The notes beneath the pieces were generated by a model, which saw only the letters and a program-made list of their open reading frames with translations, did not search any database and was not told the origin of the DNA. Of a DNA stretch of 64,000 nucleotides, positions 39,298 through 50,389 are shown piece after piece; within the stretch, counting starts at the first letter, position 1, and each line of letters starts with the position of its first letter. Source of the stretch: Hamiltosporidium tvaerminnensis FI-OER-3-3 (taxonomy: Eukaryota > Fungi > Microsporidia); assembly GCA_022605425.2 (NCBI GenBank), contig JAKIMF020000001.1, positions 1,116,001 to 1,180,000 on the forward strand, in the 5' to 3' direction. The position numbers and the translations under genes were made by a program.

Positions 39298-39490
39298 AGG
39301 TGGAGTGAAGATAACTATAGTAAAAATATCGGTTAGAAAATGAGTGTGTAAAATCATTATTGATATTTTGGTGTGATATAAGCTACCCTGGGTCTAAAGG
39401 CAAATCCTCTATCTTCTCGAGTTATGAAATAAAAAGAAACAAATGAGAACTGCCATATGTTCATCTTCGACGCCGAAAGGTAAAAGAGAA
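39298..39490 (+). mobile_element. ~200-nt SINE-like element, copy D
   Basis: Head GGTGGAGTGAAGATAAC...AATGAGTGTGTAAA and terminal TCTTC GAC GCC GAAA GGT AAAA GAGAA. Confidence 0.75.
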
Positions 39491-39529
39491 ATATAATAAG
39501 AATGTATTTGAAAAAATAGTTTTAACTTA

Positions 39530-39960
39530 GCTCTATGTTACAAATCTATATCAAATGATTGAAATTCGGATTAAAATCTTAAAATATTTGTGATAGGAAA
39601 TATTAATTCAGTCGTGCTTGACTCACAAAATTCCCGTTGAATCGAAAAAAAACCAGGTGATCTAGATTTTTGGCCGAATTTTAAGTATTCCTTATACGCG
39701 TAGTGTCGAGATAATATCTTATGTGATGATATGAAGTGATATCGTGGGTAAATGCAATAAAATGGGACTTGAAAACCATGAAATCGAATAGAAATAGAGG
39801 CATCTATATAAGTCTGTGTTCTTAAACAGCAGAATTCATTACTAATATTGATCATATGGAAGAAATCAAGGATAGGACCATGTGAGGAAGAACTAGGAAG
39901 AATTTCAAAAAGACTCATTAAAAAAATGTGTTACCAAAAACTTATGCTCTCATTACTCAT
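39530..39960 (+). mobile_element. Old 3' fragment of the R4/Dong-like element
   Basis: Remnant of the SVEIISYVM...IEIEA endonuclease-region sequence (TAGTGTCGAGATAATATCTTATGTGATG, ~39701). Confidence 0.6.
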
Positions 39961-40272
39961 GACTTCAAATGAAAATGTAAACACAAAAAAAATTATAATA
40001 TAAAGTGAGAAATGATCGAAATCAAAACAGGGAATTAAAAAATATGGAAAAATATTAAATATAAAAGACGAGCTAAATGAAACAATGAAAGTTGTAAAAT
40101 AAAGCCATAAAAAACCGATAATAAACTTAGATTAGAACAAATTTAATATATTTCACAGTAATTAAAATAAATTATAGGTATTAATTAGTATGAACTTTTA
40201 CATTCCTAATAGGTGCAAGACTGAGCTAATGAACGTACAAAATAATATAAAATATTGTTTTTAATTAATTTA

Positions 40273-41437
40273 TCAAATTCTTATTTCATATCTGCCACTT
40301 TTAAATAGATATTTTGCCCAAATGGCAGTTTTTTCTTTTAAACCTACATCCTTGATAGTTAAACCGGTACAACTGAAAAATAAACATTCAAAATCAATTA
40401 GGATTCCTCTTAATTTTTGATTTTGAAAGGATTGGTAATTTAAAATTAATTTAGCACTTTCATTTTTTATGTTGGATCACATTCCATATGATTATAGAAT
40501 CTTTTTCGAAAAAAGTTGCTTTTCCGTTTTCGGATGAACTAGATACTGAATGTGAATTATACGGTAATAAGATTTTTATGTTGATATTATTTATTTCTTT
40601 CATTCTACAAGAAAGTAATATGTAATTTTTTTCTAGTGTTAATTGAATTGGAGGTTTGGGCGGAATCGATTTGTATCTGATTAAACATTGATCTGAGCAT
40701 TTTAATGTAATTGGAGTTTGAAATTTACTCTCTGAAAATATTTTGTTAGCATTTAGATACGTGTTTTGTTTTAAATGAACCATATTGTTAAGGATTGGGT
40801 CGAGAACCGGTTTTTTATCTTCTGAGCCATTTTTTGATTCTAAATCATTACAATTATTTCCATATTCTTTAATCTCATTTCTGAAACAATCCTCAGTAAT
40901 TCCCATTTTTTCTGAATTGGTATCAATATTGTCTTCTAAGTTAATAAACTCAAGATTCTGAGGAACACTTAAATTTAAATAAAAATAATTTTTGGTCTTT
41001 TTGCTTTTCGGTGCTGAAATTTTACCATTGAGATTATTTCTTAATATATTTCCTTTTATATCCATAATAACATTTAGTTCCTCAATTACATCCAACATAA
41101 TTTCACTTTCATTATTCGTGAACTTTTTAACCGTTTCAATTTTACGATCGATATTATTTTTAATATTTTCTAATAAATTATTTGTATTAATTTCGGATTT
41201 TAAAGTTAAAAGATCAAAAAAATGCGACTTTAAAGTTTTTGAATTTAGATTTCCAATAACACTGGCCAATGTTTCAATAAATTCATTGGCTAAATAATTT
41301 TGGATAATTGAATGGCACTTTGAAGAAATATATATTTTTATATCATCATGGTAAATTACATTGGTTGGATTCTCTATTCTACGTACGCCATATATAAGAA
41401 TATCATTTTTATCCACAATACAAATATCTTGATACAT
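40273..41437 (-). CDS. Adaptor protein (AP) complex mu subunit, split by a +1 frameshift near 40461-40468
   Basis: EIMLDVIEELNVIMDIKGNILRNNLNGKI is a mu-homology motif. The +1 frame continues ESAK...IDFECLFFSCTGLTI...WAKYLFKSGRYEIRI*, the canonical mu C-terminus. Confidence 0.85.
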
Positions 41438-44400
41438 ATTTGTTTTCTTCTTTTTTTCTTTAAAATAATAACTTGAAACAAATCTGTTTTACCGGTATGA
41501 TATTTTATAGTAGAATCGGAAGAAAAATAAGGTAATAATATGTCTATAGGTATATTGAGAGTTAATATTTATATTTTAAGAAAAATAAGATGAACATAAC
41601 AGGTTTATACGATCAAAAACAAAAGGAATAACATTCAAGCTATCAACTTTTAGGTCAAATTAAAAAATGTTTCAAAATGTTTTATAGCTGTTTCGAAAAA
41701 AAACAGCGATTTCTTTTTTCTAAATTTTAATAATGAAATCGAAAAAATATTTTAACAATATAAATCTTTCAACTTTTAGTTTAGATTTTTCAAAAGCTAA
41801 AATAATTGAGATTCCTTTATAATATTTCATGAATTTTGTGTGGGAACGATTAATTGAAAATTTTTGTTCTAATTAGTTCAGAAATTATAGTTTAAGTTTC
41901 AAATCTTATACATTTTTTCTTAATATTTTCTAGCATTTTTATTTGGTTATAATTATTCTTGTCAAACTTATGTTATATTTCTTCGGTTTGATTTACAAAA
42001 AAAATAAATTTTGTTTGATAATAAAGAATTTTACATTTTTTTAACACCCGGTGATATAAATTTGGCTTTAATTTATTTAATATTTTAAATTCTTTTATAT
42101 ATTAACAAAATTTTCTATGACCAAACATTCATTTACATTTAAGAGATTTTTTCATACATTAATTCAAATAGATTATTTTATTTTATTGAAGTTTCTAAAG
42201 ATTATTGTAGTTTTTTTTGGAAGATTTAGGATTCCTTAAAATTTCCCTCGGATTAAATTTTAGAGTTATACATAACATAATTATACCTTTTAGAGTTACA
42301 AAAAAAATATTGCAATAAAAAAAGTAAAACGTAAAATAAAAAATTTTCAAATAAAAAATACAATTGAAAAATTATGTAAATAATCTAAATCACATAAAGT
42401 TGATTTTAAATTGAATTATCAAAATAAAAAAAACTATGATATTATTAGTTCTAGTATCTTATTAAACTATTGAGTAAAATATTTTTTTTAAAACAAATAA
42501 TTAGATCTTGTTGCATATTTGAAGGAAATACTGTAAAAACTTAATATTTACTGTTAGCAATTTGATAACCTTTATTATTTAAGAAAAATATGTTTTTCTT
42601 CTCTTGGAATTCATGAATATATGAAATCAAAGTAAATTCTTTAATTATGATTGAAAGAATCTCGTGGGGAGTCTTAAAAGCCGTACGAAAATTTACTTTT
42701 ATGTTTATTTTTGCTTTTGTTTTAGGAAGATGAAAGACCATAAAAAATTGTATTTTTTAGTTTACAAATATTTTTAACTTCAATTGATTAGATTTTCGTT
42801 ATTAGCTCTATAGAAATAAACCTGTAAAGGTAGTTTTATGCAAACAAAGATGTTATATATAAATAATTATATCTGTAAAAAAAAGGTTAAAAACCATTCT
42901 CTTATCTTTCTGGTGAATAATAGAATCCATTTGCTCTTTCTTACATTTTAAAAATAGTTTTTTTATAAAATGTAAACAGTTTTGATTAAATCTATCTATA
43001 ATCAATTTTATAGTGTAATTAATTTATTTATTTTTATCTTTACCAATAATATTCAAAGTTTCGAATTGTAAGCAGTAGCTGTTCGTTTTATTATATAAAA
43101 TATAGAAATATTTTCCTTCAAAATTAAATAATATTTCTATTCACAACTGTATTGATTACTCTAATCGAATATAAATTTAAAAATATTACAATACTTTCAT
43201 CGATTACTTGTGCAATAATTAAAACTATCTTTTAAAGTTAAAAATTTGCACAAATAATGTATGATTGCATCACAGATATTTATTTTAAGTCAAAATAATT
43301 TGCTATTTGATAGATTCGAAAAAGTTCCAAATAAATATTTCTTTATTTATAATAAAAAAAAATTGGTACTTAAAGAAACATTTTTAAAATTAAATATTAA
43401 ATATATCTTTACAAAGTATAAACCTTCTATTGATTATCTTATCGATCCCAAATTATCTATGAAATTAGTTTCACTTATGAACACCTAGGTTCATCTATAT
43501 TCTTTTAACTGTAAATATGAACATTTTATTTAGGTTTTTATTATTTCTCCTATATATTCTATATTATATTATATTTTTGTCTTAATTGAGAACTTCCTAG
43601 TGTATTTCGAAACTATCGATCTTAAATTTGTTAGATAGGAATTATATACACACGAGAATTCATATAAATATAAGTTATAAAAATTTCAACTATGTAAATT
43701 CATATGTTGACGAATTAAAACAGCCAAAATCTATTTAGCTTGATCAATGATTTAATCCATAACTTTAAGTAATTTAATTTATTTTTATTATAAAAATATC
43801 AGATTTTTTTGGGATTTTCGAAAATAGATTAATTTTGTTACTAATTTATGGCAAATGCAATATTACTTATGATGCATTCAAACAAACATCGTATAAACCT
43901 ACATAATTTTATTTAACATATAAAAATAAAAAACAACTACCACAAGATAATGAATACCATAAACATACTTTGGTTTTGATTGAGTTTTTAAATCTTGATT
44001 TTTTAATTTTAGAGTCACGAAAAGTATACAAAGAAATGTTCTTAAAATTATAGTCGATATATAAGTAAGACATCTTATTTTAGAAGAATCTCGCGACTCT
44101 AAATATAGAGGTACTGGTATTCTTAGTTAAAATAAACCGACAGAAAATCGAGAAGATTAGATGAGAATTTAGGTAATCCATAGCTTCAAATATATATTAA
44201 AAAACTAGAATAGCTTTGAATTTTGAAATTCTTGGCTTTGAATGATAACTGTTCGAACGGATTCCAGAAAGTGATTGGATTCAAAAAGTAAAGTTTAACC
44301 TTAAATTCTAAAGCTCGAAACAGCAGAAACTATATAGTTTGATCAAATGAAAATTTCTTTTGTAGTTTTGACATAAATAAATGAAAAAATAGAGGCTCGT

Positions 44401-45269
44401 GATAAAAATATGAAGATTAAAGAAGTTAAAGTCTAAGCTCTTTATAAACTATAAGAAGTAACTGAGTGTCTACTTTTATTACAGAAAATATACTTTTAAA
44501 AGTTTTTAGATAGAGTGATTCCTATTTTTTTGCTTATATTTAAATTTTACTTTTGAAAGCGATTTTAAATGAAAGTTCTTATCGTAGCATCTGTGATATC
44601 ATTTAGAAGCCTATATTTATGTTCATGCTATGCTGAATGTACAATATATAGAATCTATACCCTCGAATTAAGGTAATTAACTATATTTTCCTTTTTTATA
44701 TGAATTCAACGAACGTTCATATCCAAAACATCATTTATTGAAGCCTTAAATTTTAAAATATAAAATTTTGTAGTTTCATTTAGCTTAATACGATCAAATT
44801 TGTATATTTTGGCAAAATTAATCTTTCTATGTTCCATTTGGATATTTACTTGCACATATATGTGTCGCGAAAATTAAAAATTGACTTTTTTAAATATCTA
44901 ACTCAAAACAGAAAAAAAATATTTTAAATTTGAATTTTTTTATGAACCATAAAAAATATCTATTGCGTCCAAAATAGCCGACACAGCACTAAAGTTTCAA
45001 GAATTAAACAATCTAATCCACTATTGAATTTTACAGACCAAAAAATTTAAATTAATCTAATTTAGAATTAACTAATGTTTTATATATTAATAGTAAAATC
45101 TCAACAAAATAGAGACATTTTAAAAAACATAACATTAATTTTACAAATTTAATCTTATCTTCAATTATATAAATTAACGTAATATTCAGAAAATCAATTA
45201 CCATATTATTTTAAAATATTGTTACTACAAATCATATCAACTAGATAGTAAAAACTGCCATAAACAATA

Positions 45270-48200
45270 CTATTTTTCGTAATGATACTTATCATAAATT
45301 ATATCAAATAAATAATCAACAAAAACCGTTAAAGAAATAATACAAAGTGATGCCAGATAAAACAAAGGAACACCATATAAGTTCAAACTTGATCCATTAA
45401 TTTCATTATCTATTTCTTGAATACCAAAAATAGTAAGAAAATACAAAAATAAACTTAAAAATATTCCAATGTACGAAAATATAACAAAAAAAGAAATGCT
45501 TCTTATTTGGCGAACCAATATCGTAGTAAAAACAATCAATGAAAAGTAATTGTTCATTGGTGTATAACCACACACCAATCCATTATGAGATTCGAATCCA
45601 TTTATATACAAAATACCAAATGACAACCAAAATACTGTTGAAGCTTTGATAAGTGAAAGTATTAAATTGTAAAATATTTCTAAGTTTGAAAAATATTTTC
45701 TTGGTTCTTTATATTTTCTCGGATTTTCCATTAAATATTCTTCTGGATGATCCTTATCAAAAAGACATATCGATAATGGAACAAAGGATGTGAAAAGTAC
45801 GTTATAATAATTTAGAAAGAAAAAATTATAAATTGGTTTTCCTGAAAATCCATTAAAAAAGTTGTAATAAAATTGTATCAAAATAAAATAAAAATTCTTA
45901 AAAAAAGAATTCAAAGTCAATTTTGAAAATCTCATAAAATTATATCTCCCGTGAACCAATAACAATCTTTTGAGACATTGAAATTCAGGAATCGAAAAAT
46001 CTGATGTTAGACTAGCCTGTGTTCCTTCTTTTCCTTGGATCCCTACACCTATACAGGATGATTGTAACATCGGAACATCATTATTTCCATCCCCGATTCC
46101 TAAAACATTTTTTCTTTTTTTTACGAGTAATTTGGTTATTTCTGCCTTCATTTCAGGCGTAGCCCGATAAATAATTACAGAATCGCAATCTAAAACAGAA
46201 GAACTCTCTTTTAAATTATTTATAATAAATCTAGGTTTTTCTACGATACTTTTATTTGTTGATTCCCAGTTTCTATCTAAAATACCACAATTTATTCCAC
46301 ATGAAATAGAAGTTTCTCGTTTGTCTCCTGTAATCATCCAAGTCTTTATACCTGCCATTTTCAAAGCAGACAATGTCTGTGAAACATTATCTTGCAATTT
46401 ATCTTCTATAAAAGTTGTTCCTATGTATATTAAATTGGTTTCCATTTCTGTAAATAATTTATCTAATAGTTGTTTTCTATCTTCAAATCCTATATTTTCA
46501 TAAATTACTTTGAAATTTACAAATTCTTTTGAATTTATTTCTTTATATGCAAATACCAAAGATCTTAAATCTGAATTCGAATTTATTATTTTTTGAACTT
46601 TACAATAAAAAACCTGTAAATCCTTATCGATTTTCATTTTTTGAATATCTTGGAGAACCATTTGATCAGATCCTTTAATAAAAAGAAAATGTTTTTTAAA
46701 AATTGTCATTACAACTGTCATCCTTTGTCTCTCGGAACTAAAAGGATAAACCATTGATATATCACATCTGACAGTGTTGGATCCAATTTTTAATAAAATA
46801 TAATTTTCATTTCTTTCTGTTATATAACATTTTTCTTCCTCTAGCGCATTCAATATACATACTTCATCTTGAGACACGCCTTCATATTTTTCATTCAATC
46901 TTTCTACACTGTTGCAACATAAAATAGAAAATATAAGCAACAACGGAAAATTGTTTTTCAAATCATTTTCTGTAATTTTAGAGCTTCCTTTTTTACATAA
47001 AATACTTTTTTCTTTATTTTTTGCATATTCCCACGCCGATACAAGTTCATTTCTTTCCACAAAATCTGAGAAATCTTTAATTTGATATTTACGTAATATC
47101 ATTTCATTTTTAGTTAATGTTCCTGTTTTATCGGTTAATACATATTCAACTATTCCTATATCTTCAATGACATTTGAATTTCTACATCTCGAATTTATTC
47201 CATTAAATCTTAACTTTTCATCGTTTGAAATATATAAAGCTTGAAATATTCTAGAAATCTCTATCATAACAAAGAGTGAAAGTGGAATTATATAACTAAA
47301 CAAAATATAATTTGTACCTGTCAACTTTAAAGACTCTTCCCCTAAATTAGGACTCAAATATAGATATTGAATATTATCCTTTTTTAGAAATAATGATGCA
47401 AGTATGGAAGTAATTGTCAAGACAATAAAATAAAATAAAAACATGTAAATAAGCTTATTATTAACCATCATTTCAAAAATAGAAATTCTTATATTTGTTT
47501 GATGAAGTGATTTAGATAATTGTGTTTTATTTCCTACAGAAATTACAATTCCAAATATTTGTTTGGTATTTTTCAATTTACTTCCTCTTAAAAGAATATT
47601 TTTTTCTGATTGCATTATTTGATCAGTTTCGGTTTTTATATAACATCCAATATCAGAATTTATACTTCGATTATCGTTTATATCGAGAGATTTGATCTTT
47701 TTAAGCATTTCTATCATACATGAACATGTTGATGGATATATTTCTCTTTCTGTAAAATTTACTGAATCATAAATTATTTGTGTGCATTTTTTCATACTTT
47801 CTTCAAAAAGTGAAAATTTTTTCTTTAAATTTACTTCTCCATCAATATTACAGGTCTGAACAAAACAATAATTTTTACATTTTTGTTCTGTACTATGAAT
47901 TAAAGAGTTCAACAGTACAATATCTGCCGGTATTTCTTCATTTTCCATGACCACTACATAATCGCCATATTTTAGATCTTCTACATTTTCTTGAAAAATT
48001 TTAAGCTTTTCATCAGAAATATCATATTTGATAATAAAAACGGGTTTTTCATTGATTTCATTATCCTGTTGATGTCTATTATAATCTTCAATTCCATCTT
48101 TTATCATTGCAACTCCCAAAACAATTGAAAGTGCTATAAGATATGTATACGGTGTAAATGGAGATATAGATGGTATAATCAATAAAATAAGCGTAACAAG

Positions 48201-48308
48201 AAAAAACAAATTATTGTATTTTGTAAATTGCATGTATAAATTTAAAGGAATAAATGAATATGCCGTGTATTTTGAAGTAACTATTCTATTTTGTTTTTCT
48301 TCTTTCAT
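45270..48308 (-). CDS. P4-type ATPase (phospholipid flippase, DRS2/DNF-like)
   Basis: Motifs TSKYT, NIDGEVNLK, IPLSLFV, DKTGTLT, FSSERQRM, IEDKLQ, TGDK and GDGNNDVPM; multiple transmembrane segments. Confidence 0.95.
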   Translation of the reverse strand: MKEEKQNRIVTSKYTAYSFIPLNLYMQFTKYNNLFFLVTLILLIIPSISPFTPYTYLIALSIVLGVAMIKDGIEDYNRHQQDNEINEKPVFIIKYDISDEKLKIFQENVEDLKYGDYVVVMENEEIPADIVLLNSLIHSTEQKCKNYCFVQTCNIDGEVNLKKKFSLFEESMKKCTQIIYDSVNFTEREIYPSTCSCMIEMLKKIKSLDINDNRSINSDIGCYIKTETDQIMQSEKNILLRGSKLKNTKQIFGIVISVGNKTQLSKSLHQTNIRISIFEMMVNNKLIYMFLFYFIVLTITSILASLFLKKDNIQYLYLSPNLGEESLKLTGTNYILFSYIIPLSLFVMIEISRIFQALYISNDEKLRFNGINSRCRNSNVIEDIGIVEYVLTDKTGTLTKNEMILRKYQIKDFSDFVERNELVSAWEYAKNKEKSILCKKGSSKITENDLKNNFPLLLIFSILCCNSVERLNEKYEGVSQDEVCILNALEEEKCYITERNENYILLKIGSNTVRCDISMVYPFSSERQRMTVVMTIFKKHFLFIKGSDQMVLQDIQKMKIDKDLQVFYCKVQKIINSNSDLRSLVFAYKEINSKEFVNFKVIYENIGFEDRKQLLDKLFTEMETNLIYIGTTFIEDKLQDNVSQTLSALKMAGIKTWMITGDKRETSISCGINCGILDRNWESTNKSIVEKPRFIINNLKESSSVLDCDSVIIYRATPEMKAEITKLLVKKRKNVLGIGDGNNDVPMLQSSCIGVGIQGKEGTQASLTSDFSIPEFQCLKRLLLVHGRYNFMRFSKLTLNSFFKNFYFILIQFYYNFFNGFSGKPIYNFFFLNYYNVLFTSFVPLSICLFDKDHPEEYLMENPRKYKEPRKYFSNLEIFYNLILSLIKASTVFWLSFGILYINGFESHNGLVCGYTPMNNYFSLIVFTTILVRQIRSISFFVIFSYIGIFLSLFLYFLTIFGIQEIDNEINGSSLNLYGVPLFYLASLCIISLTVFVDYLFDIIYDKYHYEK

Positions 48309-50389
48309 TATCTTTTATGGGATTAAAAATAAAATAAAAATTAATTTACTTTTTTTAAAGAATTAATATTATGCTTTAAAAAAAAGTCGAAAAAAATCGA
48401 AACATAAATTACAAAAAAATAAAAAAAGGTAATAAATTTTATATAACATAATATGAGAATAAGGAATTGAAAAAAATACTATAAAATTATTACAAATTGT
48501 GGTAAATGAAAAGAGGTGTTCATTTCAGGTTTTAATTCAAAAACAATATTTTTTTAATTGTAAATTAATTTTCACGAAATAAATTTGAAAAAAAAGAAGA
48601 AATCTTAAATTTACCTTTTCATTCAAACGGATAAAATAAAATTTCTATAATCTTTGATATTGAAAAACAAATCTAAAACCGTATTTAATATGAAAGACAG
48701 GAAAAATATGTGTTTTAATTTTTTGCCTTAAAATTTTACAGGAAAAATAATTAATCGAAACAAATTTTATATAAAAGTGTTTCTTACATGTTAATAACGA
48801 TTTAAAGATCTTTTCTTAGGATTCTAGATTAAAATATTGACCTGTTCATTAGATATTTATTCTATTGTAATATAAAAAATTCTAACTGGTTTAAATTGGT
48901 TGTGTATGTTTAAATATATCGAAATTAATTCATATTAAATTCATTAATGAGATTTACGATTGTTTTTCAAACATAATTGTTGGCTTTTTTTGCTCATTAT
49001 ACTCTTTCTGTTAAATAAAATCAACTGGTTGACAATAAAGTTAATTTTTTATTATTTTAGCCTTCCTCATACAATTTTCTTTCGAGGTTTTCTTGTATAT
49101 CCAACGAAAACTTTGATTCCTTTAAAAATATAATAATAGATTAACTAGGTTTTAACATATTTTCTTTAGAGGAAAATAAAATTGTATACAATTTGTTTTA
49201 GCGTAGTGAAATAAATATGATTGATTCTATTTATAGTAAACAATTGATGTAACGGATATACTGGTTGAAATGGTTGCTAAAATGCCATCTTATGTTATCG
49301 AATACGAAAAAATAAAACCATATTTAAAAAAATAACTATATTGTGTTAAAAAACAACTGTATAATTAAACGTAGGTTTAAAATTTAAGTATTTATCTTAT
49401 CACGAAAAATTTCTGTAGATTTTACCGCTTTATATATTGAATATAAATTTGAGTAAGGGAGAGGATTACAAAACACGAAACAACCGGATTGCAATACATT
49501 GGGAAGAATTGATAAAAATATTAATTTTGGATTTTGGTCATGATTAAACCATCATACAATTTCTGTGTAGCGTAAGAATTGGTATAAGAACGAAAATGTC
49601 TAATAAACAACTGAAATTGTTTTAGAAACGAGTTTGTAGTTTTTTTATCTGGCTAGAATATAAAATGCGACAGTTATTGTAGGTATTTGTCATTTAACTG
49701 TTAGAAATACAGTGTTAATCACCCTTGTTCAAAGGGTTAATGACTGGGTAATACAAAACAAACTACTTTTACAAAGCCAAAATTTCTACTAAGCAGATTC
49801 CACTAAATAGTATGATTTACGGTTTAAGGTATATCGATTAGTCGCTGCTTATATAATTAAATAGTTAGTCGGGGCAAAAAGCGTAGATTATATGGAAATA
49901 ACGCTGATCTTGAAAATAAATAATCAAGTTTCCGAACTGTGATCACGCCCAAAGTAACAGATATAGCCACATCGTAAGTTGTTTCATCTATTAAATCAGT
50001 TCTGCAATTTTTTTAGATTAAAAACTTCTGATGTATATGTCTAAAAAATACCGATGTAGTGTTTTAGGGTAGTTGTTACTTTAAACCGAAGAAAGCGCTA
50101 TTTTCACGAAAAAAAATATAAAAAACCTGCGACTGCTATAAAAATGATGTCATAATTACCAAAAATTTAGATTTAATATCTCGAGCATTCTAAATTTCAT
50201 TATATAAATTTATTTTGATCAGAATTATCTTTTTGCAGATAAATCGCTACAAAAAAATATAATTAATTACAAATTCAGTTTTTCCTTTTTAATTTTAATG
50301 TGTAAAGAATATATTTTGATATATTCTACTAAGTATAGAGAATCAAGAAATAATAGATAAAAATATCTAAAGAAAAAGAAGCCAAAGTA

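Noticed and set aside
49716-49740. piggyBac-like end AAAGGG-TTAA / small hairpin
   Set aside because: No matching opposite TIR or transposase remnant was found.
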